Assembly: GCA_964016885.1 (NCBI GenBank)
Contig: OZ024740.1
Location: 62,744,001-62,808,000, forward strand
Source: Eledone cirrhosa
Lineage: Eukaryota
DNA: 64,000 nucleotides
Direction of reading: 5' to 3'
Under the pieces are notes generated by a model. That model was given only the letters and a program-made list of their open reading frames with translations, did no database searches and was not told the DNA's origin. Below are positions 24,386 to 37,979 of this stretch, piece by piece. The position numbers and the translations under genes are program-made. The first letter of the stretch is position 1. Each line of letters opens with the position of its first letter.

Positions 24386-24435
<50 letters not shown>
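23892..24435 (-). repeat. Inverted, circularly permuted copy of 23169-23666
   Basis: 23892-23987 = rc(23169-23264); 23988-24435 = rc(~23270-23666). Confidence 0.85.
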
Positions 24436-24441
<6 letters not shown>

Positions 24442-25726
24442 TAACAGATTAAAGTTTAAGCAAAGAATCGCTGCTTTCACCCTTAACGGGATCTTCTGAA
24501 ACTAACAAAGTCAATCTGTAAACGCAGAACTGGATATTTCAAAAAACGTTGCAACCGGAGGAAGACAGGAAGACGATACTTTGGTTCGTGGTAACGTTCG
24601 CTGGCAAAGAACGGGAAAAAACGAATAATATATACGGATAGCACGATCTATACGTGGATATTTTACGTCTTGATGTGGGAGCTAAGTATATGTTTTGTTT
24701 ATTCCTTTACTTATTTGCATAGGTAAGTATATATTACCCGTATGTTTTGTGAAGGTATGTATACCTTCTCGTACGTATATTTGACTGTTATAGCATACTA
24801 TTTTTACATATTCTGGTATTTAGGGTTTGGCTATGTGTATACGGGAGTTTTGCGTCCGCGTGAGTGTGCAGGTTCGTACGTATGGTGGGTGTGTGTATAT
24901 GTGTACTTCTTGTTTTAGTTGACTTACGTCTCCGAACATTCGTGTATTTATATGTAGGTATACGTGTGCGCTTGTTATATACGTATTTATTTACTTATAT
25001 ACGTTTATATAATTATTTATTTATTTGTACACAAGCATACACACACACACATATTTATATGTGCGTGGTTTTGTATACCCATGGTAAGGTTTTGCGTATG
25101 CTTGTGTATGTACGTATCTGTTTGCGTGTATGTATTTATTTGTTTCTATTACTTCTGTATTGTATTTATTTACTTTGTTCTTAACTCTGTAGCGGAGATT
25201 CATTCGGTCTCCTAGTTAGAATTTTAGTCTACGATTTCTGCTATACCATTTACGTGGTTTTGTCTTTGCGTGCTATTGTTCTCCACGCTCCACATATGAC
25301 TTATTATCTTCGTTTTTTCGTTCATTGCCAGAGAACGTCTCTATGCACCACCTAAGAGAACATTAGTCTACGACCTCTTTTATACCATAAACGTGGTTTT
25401 GTCTTTGCGCGTAATTGTTTTTCACCGCTCCTATTAATGACGTATTATTCGTTTTTTCCCGTTCTTTGCCAGCGAACGTTACCACGAACCAAAGTATCGT
25501 CTTCCTGTCTTCCTCCGGTTGCAACGTTTTTTGAAATATCCAGTTCTGCGTTTACAGATTGACTTTGTTAGTTTCAGAAGATCCCGTTAAGGGTGAAAGC
25601 AGCGATTCTTTGCTTAAACTTTAATCTGTTATTTTAATAAATATTTGCTCTACGGTTCATATATATTTGATATATATTTTCCTTATCGAGCCCTCTTTGG
25701 ATTTTAGTCTTCAATTTTATTATTAT

Positions 25727-25731
<5 letters not shown>
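24436..25731. mobile_element. Two-armed inverted insertion, family C (long copy) with internal ~140-bp tandem duplication
   Basis: 24436-24628 = rc(~25445-25638); duplication at ~25223-25340 and ~25362-25478; (TA)n at both ends. Confidence 0.8.
25570..25620 (+). ncRNA. Hammerhead ribozyme, U4A core variant (also 24453-24503 and 19899-19949, minus strand)
   Basis: agttt CAGAAGA t CCC gttaa GGG t GAAA GCA gcgattctt TGC TT aaact. Confidence 0.65.
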
Positions 25732-25817
<86 letters not shown>

Positions 25818-26013
25818 AATGGAATCTTAGTAAAATCGAAGCTTTGGCTGTAGCCAAGCAAAGTTGACCTACAATAGGAATGAGTTAGCAAAGCACTCAA
25901 TAAGGGTAGGTCCTTAGAGTAATAACATACGTTTAAATAGCTTGACAAATTGAACATTGCGGTAGGCAAAACCCAACCATACAATACCAAAGAAACGAAA
26001 GAACTAACAAGTT

Positions 26014-26062
<49 letters not shown>

Positions 26063-26102
26063 TTCAAAATATTAACAAAATAGATATTCCTGTGTTCAAT
26101 TA

Positions 26103-26169
26103 TATTTTATTATACATATTTCAGAGGTACTGAGTTAAGTTCAACAGTACATCCCCATCAGATAAAATA
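26103..26169 (-). ncRNA. Hammerhead ribozyme relic (A9G), related to family K
   Basis: tattttat CTGATGG gga t GTACTG..CAGTAC c tct GAAA TATGTA TA ataaaata. Confidence 0.55.
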
Positions 26170-27579
26170 AGATGATGCATGACATACCCTGACATAGTAG
26201 ATGGTTAAGATTCAGTCATGTTAGTGATTAACTTATGAAAAAACTCAATATGTATACCCTAATATTGAGAACATGAGATAACATAATACAAAGAATAGAG
26301 AGGGTGCTTGTAATAGAGCTTAAGAAATACATGGCATCAATATACAAATTATAACATTTTTTATTTTTAAAAACTACTGTAGAAAGAGGAGGGAAAGGAA
26401 AGCATAGAGGAAGAAACAGCTGATGTGATAATATATTTAGTAGGTGGCTTGAAAAAACAGATGAAAGATGATTAAAGAGAGAGAGAGACAAAGGGGAGTA
26501 ATTTATGTTCAAGTTTATATACAGATTTCCATATATGCAACACATGTCCAAATTAATATAGTTGGCGGTTAATTTTCAAAATATTTAATTTAAGTTATTT
26601 CAGAGTAATGAATAATATTTTAGGTTTTAAAAGTTAATAGGTATTTGTATTAATATTATAATTATGTTTAATTTCTAAAATTCAAATTTTATGAAAACAA
26701 ACTTAAAGGATTTACGAAACACGAGAAAGAAAATATATATATAATGCTTTTATATCTTCACGAAGGTAATCTTTACTAAAATTATTTATAATAATACTTT
26801 CTTTATTTATAATAATGACAACAGTTTATATAATATAATTTATAAAATAATTATAGTTATTAAATAATTTATTGTTAAATAGTTTCAGTGCCTAAAGCAT
26901 CAACCGGCCTTATAACTAAACTTAAAGAAATCCGAAATTTTAATTGATAAAAAATTTTTAATTGATAAACATTTTTAATTGATAAAAATATACAAAGATT
27001 GTAGTTTTTTATTTGTTTATAATTGAGGTGTTACCTTTCAAATATATATAATATAATACAATAATGCAATAATGCAATATAGCAAATAAATTACTGAAAA
27101 TATTGTTCAAAAATATATATAGTTAAAAAATGTTGTTAAAAATATTGCTAAAGAATTAATGTTTTATATCAATTATTTTCATTTAGTTGATATATACTAT
27201 AAAGATATAAGTCAAAACTATATGAGTCCTAATGATAGGGGCTAGATACAAAATAAATATGCAAATAAAGGAAATGAATTGTTTGCGAAACTTAAAGATG
27301 CCCAATATTCAAAATATATTATAAATGCAATAGGGTATAGTATAGTATACAAAAGATACATCTAAAATATTTTAGCGAATGTGATATAAAGAGGTTCTAA
27401 ATATTTGAAAATGCCGAAGGTAATCTAAATTTAATTAAAATAAAATAAATTATATTATATTAAGTAAATCATTATATAAGTTCAACCTTCCAGGTAATAT
27501 CAAACACTTATAATCTTCCAATCTATTGTAAAACTCATTCTTAGATGTATTCATTGAAGCTTGTTTAACTTTTAAATAT

Positions 27580-27677
<98 letters not shown>

Positions 27678-27876
27678 TGTATATATATATATATATTTAT
27701 ATATATACATACACACACATATATATATTTATATATTTCTTTATTAGCCACAGGGGCACAAAAGAAGGGGACAAATACAAAGGGGGAAGTTTACATACAA
27801 TAAAAACGTGTAAAATGTTATCACAGATGGAATTTAAAAGTTACACACATATATATATTTATAGATAGATAGTTAG

Positions 27877-27945
<69 letters not shown>

Positions 27946-28553
27946 GAGAGAGAGAGAGAAAGAGAGAGGACGAAAGGGAGAGAAAAAGAGAGAAAAGTAC
28001 AAAAAGAAATAAGTATCAGTGTGTAAAACATGTTAATAATTCACATCTCAGTCGTGTTAAGCCAGTAATCGTGTAAGTGTATGAAGATAAATTATATTTA
28101 TATTTAATGGGTTAATAATGAAATATTTGTAGCTTTATCTTTATCAAAAACAGAGTCGGTCCGGACATTTTCCAGTATCTAGCTACCTCAGTTATTTATG
28201 TCTTGATGTTATGAAAGTAGTTCTAGTCCGGAGTTTTTCATAAGGAGACCTCAGATTGGACACATCGTACTTAAGCATAGTCAGAAACCAGATTCTATTA
28301 CAGCCCAGTACACAGTGTATTCTTCTTTTGCTGATTTAAGTCATTAGAATGCAGCTATGTTAGGGCACCACCTGGTAATCGATCATATGGATTTCGGTAT
28401 TTATTTTCGTTTAAAGTCTGGTACTTATTTAATCGATATATTTTTGTCGAACCGCTGTGTTACGGGACATAAACAAATGCACACACACACACACACACAC
28501 ACAAACACATACACAAACACACACACGCACGCACGCACACACACGCACGCACG

Positions 28554-28670
<117 letters not shown>

Positions 28671-31003
28671 GACGATCTTCTGCTCAGTTTTCGTCTATCA
28701 AATTTCACCCAGAAGGCCTTGATCAACCGTATGTTATAGTACAATGTATATGTCGATGGTGTTACCCAGTGTGATTGGACTTGAAACTATGTTTAATGAG
28801 GAAGTGACCTCATTAACCATGCTTACATCTATGTTGAAACTTATTATATAACTTTTTATTACAGTATATTCCTGTATATCTTATGTAAACATACTTCGAT
28901 TTCTTGATAATGTGATTATCATCGGTTTGCACTCCAAAATTCTCATCAGTCAAAAAGACAAAGAGAATGTCAGTGAGTCTCTATATGATGGCTTGAACTG
29001 ATATATAGAGCCGACAACATCCCCCTCAACTCACACCCTACTCTCTTAATAAATGGATTAGATAACTTGATCTTGGATACAATGTGTCTGGAACTACGTT
29101 TGATAATATAAGTCTGTTTGATCAGAGCTGATCTTGTGTTAAACAACAAGAAAGGTCAGGATGAGTTTATTGTGCTCTACACTCTGTATTTATGATTAAA
29201 ATAAACTGTCGTTTCTATAGTAGTGATGGGTAAAATAGATTCGACAGGTCAGAGATTATCTAAATTGTATACAATTTCTTCGAGAATGTTATCACTTCAA
29301 CACAGTAGTTGCGATAAAGTTAAAATCCTCTTTGAGCGACTTTGTCTTTTATCTCTGTAGGGTCAGTTTCATAAACATTACCAATATAATTGTTTCTACT
29401 TTAGGCACAAGGCCAGCAATTACCCAGTGCATTACTGGTACTTTATTTTATCGACCCCGTAAGGATGAAAGGCAAAGTAAACCTCGGCGGGATTACTTTG
29501 CCTTTCATCCTTACCAATATAATGCAATCTATTTATCGTCTGTATTCTTCCAATGTCAAAATAAAACATTTCTTTTTTGTAAAGCGTGGATAAGCCGTGG
29601 TTTTGTTAGAACTCCTCATAATACTCTGAAGTTAGAATGAAAATAACTACAACAACAATATTCCAGACAAAAATAATAAAATTAAATCAAATGATAACAT
29701 AATATGGGGGTTTAAAGAATGTTTCTACACGTCTATTCGATTGGAAATGGGTTATATAAATAATAGCTTCAAAATCGACGAAAACTCTTTCTGTTTTTGT
29801 ATAATCTACAGTTCCTGAAATATGTTTTGGAAGATTCACCATATAGAAATAATTCAGTTTAAAAGTACTTACCAAATTAATATACGTTTATAGAATTACA
29901 TTTATGAATCCTAATCATACTCTTTGAGATGCCGTATGGAAAGTAATATAATATAAAACATGATAGGATATAATATAATATATGATATAATATAATATAA
30001 TATAATATAATATATGATATAATATAATATAATATAATATAATATATAGTATGTAACGGTGGTAGATAAGCAGGCAGAGTTGGTAGAACGCCGGACAAAA
30101 CGCTTTGAAGCGTGTAGTTCTGTCATCTTATGACTTCCAAAATCTCGTTGGGGTTGCTTTTGCCTCTCATCCATTTTATTTGATGATATAATTGCCAGTC
30201 ACGTATTGGATTTGGATTAATCGATTGTGTCCTTATCGAAAATATGGTTTCCATAGCTAATTTTAGAAAGCAATTAATTTATAGTATTTAAAGGATGGTG
30301 GATTGGAAGAATCGTGTATTCAGGCGAGATTCAATCAACTACACAATTTCTCTTAAGTGTATCTTGTACCAATGTAAAGAAAAACACTATTATTAGTAGT
30401 AGTAGTCGGTGCAGTATAAAGGTGGGAGATTGGTAGAATATGCAGAACGAGAAACTATATTTTTCTGGTGTTTAATTACGACCTTCTAAGTTTTAAGTTC
30501 AAGTCTCACATTGTATTTCTTGAGACCAATAGACCAAAATCTAGTTGAATAATGGCAATGATCTCATCTACTACAATATTCATCTTCCCACATTTGGAGC
30601 TTTATATCTATCCTAGTAATCGATATTATATAGTAACTAGATATGTATTGCACATTTTAATTGAGCAAATAATATATTTTTAGATGAATACAAAGAAGTA
30701 AATAACATAGCAATTAGGAGCTACATTACTTGCCAGATGTTTCCGTCAATTTATATATACAGTTCGAATGTTCTCCCACGTACGTACGCTTATACACAGG
30801 TATGCACGAGTTCGTCAAAAACAATAATATATATATACATAAGACACATGTACTTCTGCAGTGTAGGCAACTGCACACACTGGCAAGCGAATATATAAAT
30901 ATACATAGCAACAGATGCATTCATACTCTCACACAGGCAAATATTGCCTCTCCCCTCCTCTCTCTTTATATATGCATATATATATATATATGTACACACA
31001 CAC

Positions 31004-31052
<49 letters not shown>

Positions 31053-31794
31053 GTCTCTCTTGGAAGGTGCACTTCACCATAGAATTTAGGGTCTATATTG
31101 GGACACATTTTAATGACTAGATATAGAAACCCCAGAGTTACCTCCCCGCATGCATTAACTCCCCTTAGCCACACACACACTTCCGGTATTCAATGGCGTT
31201 TCTCGAAACGTAACAACCTCCTGTATCGAACTAAGGAACACCAGACTACGATCTCTAACTGGATTGTCGTGGACTATGTGAAAGGCATATAATCGAAATA
31301 TACACTCCCTTGACCATGAAAATGCCGAAGTACATGAATTACTTGACATCCCTGCGCTGTGCATCTCCAATACTTATAACACTTTTAATGCTTGCACTTT
31401 CTTTAATGCTTATAATATTTCTCCACACACAGACTATATCAATCATATAAAGATTTTGCCACCAGATCTACCAACCTAACACTCTTATTTACCTATCTAA
31501 GTGCCTCTACCACACATATCTCTCTGCCACACTATATAAACAAGACGCACGTGCGTGCCACACATATAACATTTGCACTATATAACCACTTATCTTCATG
31601 TTGTACTTTAACCTATATCTTTGATTTTTGATTGTACCTATTAATATAAATGTAATCTCGAAGTGTATACTGCCACTCTAAATTCTGTAATGAATGTTGA
31701 CCCACAATGTTTGAATATGTATCAATGTTTGAATATGTATTGGTATGTCTCTCGGCTGAAAAGGAGGTCATATAACTGTCCATGCAATAATAAA

Positions 31795-31842
31795 TTGCTC
31801 CGAAGAATCCAAACCTCGGTTTGGAGGAAACAGCTGTAAGCA
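31795..31842 (+). ncRNA. Hammerhead ribozyme in pLTR, U4C core variant (also 35984-36031 +, 52370-52417 -, 55987-56034 +)
   Basis: ttgct CCGAAGA a TCCAAAC ctcg GTTTGGA g GAAA CAGCTG TA agca; palindromic stem III. Confidence 0.75.
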
Positions 31843-32091
31843 CAATAATGTTTTGAACAGTTCTTTGATTCTTATATTTCATATAACTGCTCTGTAAATC
31901 ATCTGATGTTTTTACATTGAGCTACTTAACTTACTGGTAATAAGGTAGTAATACATTACTGCCTACCACTATTTAGGGTGTGTGTAAAATACTTACAACT
32001 GCTTAAGGTTTTGTGTTTACATAACCATAAATAGTATAACTAATACTATTAACTGCTCCATATCGTTGAGCTGACATATAATATTGCCAAT

Positions 32092-34551
32092 ATGCTAATC
32101 AAAGACCAACTCCCCATGTCAACCAAGAACATACCAATACCATCCAGGAATACATATGAGAAATTGCTGATCAACAGTGTAAATTCATTTATCAATAGAG
32201 TGAGATGGAGGACATTCCATTATGATAGAAACAAATCTAACAACTTGAATAATACTAACAATTTTGACTCCTTCGGCTTTAAAACCTTTAAAAGCCCCCC
32301 TCATAACACTCTACTTAACTCCTTTGAAAATGACCTAGTTAAACTAGTTAAGAACATTAAATACAATAAGCACCATATTAGAAGCAACACCTTCTTAAAC
32401 AAACTTAACACTTCTATTAGTGGATTCAAAACTAGTAATAAAATTATTGTACACGCAGATAAAACTAATAACATATACAGCCTAGATTATATTACTTATA
32501 GAAAGTTTATATATAATGAACTACATAAAAGCTACAAAAAAACCACCTTGAAAAACTTAGAAGATATTAATGTAGAGGGTTATAATATAGTGTCTAAACT
32601 AGGACTACAGAGGCATACACAACCTTTCACTCCGAACCCCCCTAGATTCTCTCTGAAGGACCATAAGGAGAACTTCATCAGCAACCCCACGATAAGACTT
32701 ATCTGCCCTTCCAAGTCCGACATTGGTATTATCAGCAAGAAGATTTTGGATAAAATCATCCCACAAATTAAACACAAGATACACCTTAAACAATGGGGAA
32801 ATACGGGTGAAGTTATTGAATGGTTCAAGGATATCAAGAATAATAAGAACAAAAAATTTATTCAATTTGATATCAATTCATACTACACCTCTATTTCCCC
32901 TATCCTATTAAATAAGCCACTTATCATGGCCATGACCAATAGCGACCTGACTAGAGCCCAGGTTGATGTCATCCTTGCGGCCCGTAAAACCATAATCACC
33001 TTCGAGGACCAACTATGGACACGCAAGGATACGCACAACAACTTCGACATAACCATGGGATCTAGTGACTCGGCGCAGGTCACTGATTTGGTCGGCCTAT
33101 ACCTCCTCAATGAAATCCATAAAGACCTCCCTTACCTCAACGGTGGTTTGTACCGCGATGATGCACTTCTACTCATAGAATATAAAAAATTTAATATAGA
33201 AAGAACTAGAAAACAACTGCATAAGACATTCAAAAACTTTAACCTTAGTATCACCATGGACAAAAACACTAAAAATGTTAACTTCCTAGACGCCACACTA
33301 TACCTAGACTCAAAAATATATACACCTTTCCATAAGCCTAATGAGAAACTTATTTACGTAGATACCAAGTCTAATCACCCTAGATCAATATTAAACTCTA
33401 TCTCTAAGGGGGTGTCCAATAGAATCTCTAGTCTGTCCTATGACGCAAACATATTTAGCAAAAACTCACAATATTACAATCAAGCATTAGCTAGCTCCGG
33501 CCATAATATAGAAATTGAGTTCCTACCTAAGAAAACACATAGCTACAACATCATCTCGCACAACATGTCCATGAGGAAATCTAATAATAGGAATAGCAAC
33601 CACAAGTACACCAAAGCGGAGGGTGCCACCGGAAGTAACCATTACCATGGAAACTACCGTGGGGCCTTAGGAGGAAGCAACACACCAAACACTAAAAGCA
33701 AAAATAGAAGAAGAAATAATACATTTTTCAACCCTCCTTTCAACCTAAATGTCTCCACCAACATACCTAGGGCTTTCTTCTCACTACTAGATAAAAACTT
33801 CCCTCTAGGACACAAGTACCACAACCTCTTAAACAAAAACACCATTCAAATCGCATACTCTACGACGCCTAACTTAGCATACCACATAGCTAGCAGCAAT
33901 AATAGTAAAATTAGTTCTTACTTCCAACAAACAAAATCACAACGGGATGCAAACCCTCTAAATACCACTGTAGCAAGCAACCATAGCAACGGCAGTAACA
34001 ATAGAAATAACACTAGTATAAGTAATAACACCAGGGTTGTCAACCCGAACACCCAAAATCCTATATCCACCACACAGACTTCCGCATTGCATTATAACCA
34101 GCGGACTAACGCACAGAATAATTGTAACTGTAGAGCTAATAGAACCTGCCCTTTAGATAAAAAATGCCTTACCAAGGATGTCATATACTCATGCACAGTC
34201 ACGACTAATAACTCTTCAGAAACCTATGTAGGCTCCACTTCTAACTGCTTCAAAATCAGATATAACTCGCACATCCACTCGTTCAAAAAGCACAGCCTAG
34301 CAAACTCCACCTCACTTTCTAGCTACATACACTATCTAAAATCTAAAAATAAACCATACACACCCAAATGGGAAGTGATAGGCAGCGCGACCTCGTACAA
34401 ACCACCTAATAAATTCTGTAACCTCTGTATACTAGAGACACACAATATTATCTTCTCCAACCGTAACCTACTTAACAAAAAATCTGAGGTGTTTGCAACT
34501 TGCCAGCACCGCCTCAGACATTCCTTCCAAAACTTTAAGCCCTATATATAG
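32092..34551 (+). CDS. PLE reverse transcriptase + C-terminal GIY-YIG endonuclease (819 aa), Hydra-clade-like
   Basis: Uninterrupted ORF: ADKTNN, QFDINSYYTSI, ITMGSSD, GLYRDD, VNFLDATL, HKPN, SNHP, CNCR..CPL..CL..VIY, YVGST, CNLCILE, LNKKSE..CQH. Confidence 0.92.
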   Translation: MLIKDQLPMSTKNIPIPSRNTYEKLLINSVNSFINRVRWRTFHYDRNKSNNLNNTNNFDSFGFKTFKSPPHNTLLNSFENDLVKLVKNIKYNKHHIRSNTFLNKLNTSISGFKTSNKIIVHADKTNNIYSLDYITYRKFIYNELHKSYKKTTLKNLEDINVEGYNIVSKLGLQRHTQPFTPNPPRFSLKDHKENFISNPTIRLICPSKSDIGIISKKILDKIIPQIKHKIHLKQWGNTGEVIEWFKDIKNNKNKKFIQFDINSYYTSISPILLNKPLIMAMTNSDLTRAQVDVILAARKTIITFEDQLWTRKDTHNNFDITMGSSDSAQVTDLVGLYLLNEIHKDLPYLNGGLYRDDALLLIEYKKFNIERTRKQLHKTFKNFNLSITMDKNTKNVNFLDATLYLDSKIYTPFHKPNEKLIYVDTKSNHPRSILNSISKGVSNRISSLSYDANIFSKNSQYYNQALASSGHNIEIEFLPKKTHSYNIISHNMSMRKSNNRNSNHKYTKAEGATGSNHYHGNYRGALGGSNTPNTKSKNRRRNNTFFNPPFNLNVSTNIPRAFFSLLDKNFPLGHKYHNLLNKNTIQIAYSTTPNLAYHIASSNNSKISSYFQQTKSQRDANPLNTTVASNHSNGSNNRNNTSISNNTRVVNPNTQNPISTTQTSALHYNQRTNAQNNCNCRANRTCPLDKKCLTKDVIYSCTVTTNNSSETYVGSTSNCFKIRYNSHIHSFKKHSLANSTSLSSYIHYLKSKNKPYTPKWEVIGSATSYKPPNKFCNLCILETHNIIFSNRNLLNKKSEVFATCQHRLRHSFQNFKPYI

Positions 34552-36232
34552 CAATGTCGGACTGGAACCTAACACCACATCTAGCATCAAACACCAGAGA
34601 CACACCATATACTACATACCCAACACTAGCTGATCCATTATAACACAAACAACGACATCCCTCTGGAACCCTTCGCAGGGAAAATACCCATTTATACCTC
34701 TATGGCAGGTGTGACAACATCCACCCACTTGAACGGCACTACACCGCTCTAAGGGTAATTTGAGCATGAATTGATCGGTTGGATGGTGTTGGGCAGAGGA
34801 AACACCTTCCTTAGACAGATGTAAAATGATTTAATCGAGTAGCGCTGTTGACCAGTAGGACCGGGCTGCTGAGCGCAGTGAGTGAATGCAATGCAACTGC
34901 CGTGCGGGTTGTACGTATATGGATAATCTGACGGTCAGAGAGGGGTCGCGAGGACTGCGGATTGACCTTTGGCCTGCCTGGGGACGATTATCTTTCGACA
35001 TCCAATGTAGCAAGCGATGACCCAGATCTTACCAGAGATCATTGGGTCCTGAAGCAATCCTGCAATCACCGCGCCTGGTCATATGAGCAGACTACAACCA
35101 CAGGGATCATTAATTTAGAATCCTCGCTCATCATCTATAATTTCCATTTGTAGCACCTTAAGATGGGTTAATCCACCATAATAATAATATGATCACCTTC
35201 AGCATAACTTAGTTAAACTACTCTATAGTTAGTACACTTTATGCTTTAAAAGTCTCTCTTGGAAGGTGCACTTCACCATAGAATTTAGGGTCTATATTGG
35301 GACACATTTTAATGACTAGATATAGAAACCCCAGAGTTACCTCCCCGCATGCATTAACTCCCCTTAGCCACACACACACACTTCCGGTATTCAATGGCGT
35401 TTCTCGAAACGTAACAACCTCCTGTATCGAACTAAGGAACACCAGACTACGATCTCTAACTGGATTGTCGTGGACTATGTGAAAGGCATATAATCGAAAT
35501 ATACACTCCCTTGACCATGAAAATGCCGAAGTACATGAATTACTTGACATCCCTGCGCTGTGCATCTCCAATACTTATAACACTTTTAATGCTTGCACTA
35601 TCTTTAATGCTTATAATATTTCTCCACACACAGACTATATCAATCATATAAAGATTTTGCCAACCTAACACTCTTATTTACCTACCTAAGTGCCTCTACC
35701 ACACATATCTCTCTGCCACACTATATAAACAAGACGCACGTGCGTGCCACACATATAACATTTGCACTATATAACCACTTATCTTCATGTTGTACTTTAA
35801 CCTATATCTTTGATTTTTGATTGTACCTATTAATATAAATGTAATCTCGAAGTGTATACTGCCACTCTAAATTCTGTAATGAATGTTGACCCACAATGTT
35901 TGAATATGTATCAATGTTTGAATATGTATTGGTATGTCTCTCGGCTGAAAAGGAGGTCATATAACTGTCCATGCAATAATAAATTGCTCCGAAGAATCCA
36001 AACCTCGGTTTGGAGGAAACAGCTGTAAGCACAATAATGTTTTGAACAGTTCTTTGATTCTTATATTTCATATAACTGCTCTGTAAATCATCTGATGTTT
36101 TTACATTGAGCTACTTAACTTACTGGTAATAAGGTAGTAATACATTACTGCCTACCACTATTTAGGGTGTGTGTAAAATACTTACAACTGCTTAAGGTTT
36201 TGTGTTTACATAACCATAAATAGTATAACTAA

Positions 36233-36423
<191 letters not shown>

Positions 36424-36532
36424 GGAAAAAGTATGACCCCGACAGTAGAGCTCAAGCCGTTTCGACGGCTGGTGCGTTATGGTCCATTTGGTTCCTTACA
36501 ACATTTTCTTTGTTATATATATATATATATAT

Positions 36533-36719
36533 GCCGGGTTCAATCGGGGGTAACCACAGTAAGTAAGGTACTCAATACATAGCAGAGTATAAATGTTTAA
36601 TATAGAATAGAAATGCCTTCTACAGGAATACAACTGTTTCATTCGAAGGAAATTATCAGGATGATTTCCTTCAAATGAAACAGTTCTAGTCCTGTAGAAG
36701 CCATTTCTATATTAAACAT

Positions 36720-36722
<3 letters not shown>
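36533..36722. mobile_element. Two-armed inverted insertion, family G (also 45393-45541)
   Basis: cttctacagga..aactgtttcatt inverted against aatgaaacagttctagtcctgtagaag; (TA)n on both sides. Confidence 0.75.
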
Positions 36723-36779
<57 letters not shown>

Positions 36780-37187
36780 AAAATGTATGACCCCGACGGC
36801 AGAGCTCAACCCGTTTCGTCGGCTATATCTAGTCCAGAAATAGCTGTCGAAACGGCTTGAGCTCTGCCGTCGGGGTCATACATTTTCCTATTACCCACTC
36901 TACTACCCTAAGTATTGAGTACTCTGTGGTGCGTTACCGTCTATCTGGTTCCTTACCACAACTTCTTCCGAAAACGATAAACGGAATGTATGTACGTATA
37001 CATACTTATATTTAAGTAACAGCTGTACTAAGAGTGAGAAATGAAATTTCGTTTCATTTTTTCCGTTTATCGTTTTCGGTACCCCGGCCGATTAACTCAC
37101 TCGATATGCAAATTAGGTTGCTCAGCCGTTAATATACACAAGGAAAGTACATATTTTCAGATGTTCAACCATCTGGCAGGAAGGTAT

Positions 37188-37230
37188 ACGTTGCTGACGA
37201 TGGCTAAAAAGCTTGAAACTAGTACAGCGT
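37188..37230 (+). ncRNA. Type I hammerhead ribozyme, unit 1
   Basis: acgttg CTGACGA t GGC taaaaa GCT t GAAA CTAG TA cagcgt; predicted cut after 37224. Confidence 0.85.
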
Positions 37231-37614
37231 TCCTTTGTCAGTGTTGAACAAATGAGCAACGATGGTTGCTAGACACTGTACGGCTTAATTCGGGATGTTT
37301 GTTTACAAACACACCGAGCATTATATTAAATGTTCGGTGAATCCATACGTACATATATATATGTGTGTATGTATGTATATATATACATACTACTGTACGT
37401 CTGTATACATATATGTATGTACGTATATATACTTATATTTAAGTAACAGCCGTACTATGGGTGAGAAATGAAATTTCGTTTCATTTTTTCCGTTCATCGT
37501 TTTCGGTACCTCGGCCGATTAACTCACTCGATATGCAAATTAGGGTGCTCAGCCGTTAATATGCATAAGGAAAGTATATACTTTGAGACGTTCAACCATC
37601 TGGCAGGAAGGTAT

Positions 37615-37657
37615 ACGTTGCTGACGATAGCTAATAAGCTTGAAACTGGTACAGCGT
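37615..37657 (+). ncRNA. Type I hammerhead ribozyme, unit 2
   Basis: acgttg CTGACGA t AGC taataa GCT t GAAA CTGG TA cagcgt; predicted cut after 37651. Confidence 0.85.
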
Positions 37658-37798
37658 TCCTTTGTCAGTGTTGAACAAATGAGCAACGATGGTTGCTAGA
37701 CACTGTACGGCTTAATTCGGGATGTTTGTTTACAAACACACCGAGCATTATAATAAATGTTCGGTGAATCCATACGTACATATATATATGTGTGCATG

Positions 37799-37863
<65 letters not shown>

Positions 37864-37904
37864 TACTGTACGTCTCTATACATATATGTATGTACGTATA
37901 CATA

Positions 37905-37979
<75 letters not shown>

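Larger units (their letters stand above)
36987..37908 (+). mobile_element. Tandem array (~2.1 x 427 bp) of an HHR-containing retrozyme-like repeat
   Basis: Exact 427-bp period; one HHR per unit; dispersed copies at 7657-8055 and 56704-57019. Confidence 0.85.

Noticed and set aside
37041-37674. Two near-identical 68-aa ORFs in the 427-bp repeat
   Set aside because: No recognisable domain, and each spans the predicted ribozyme cut; treated as incidental
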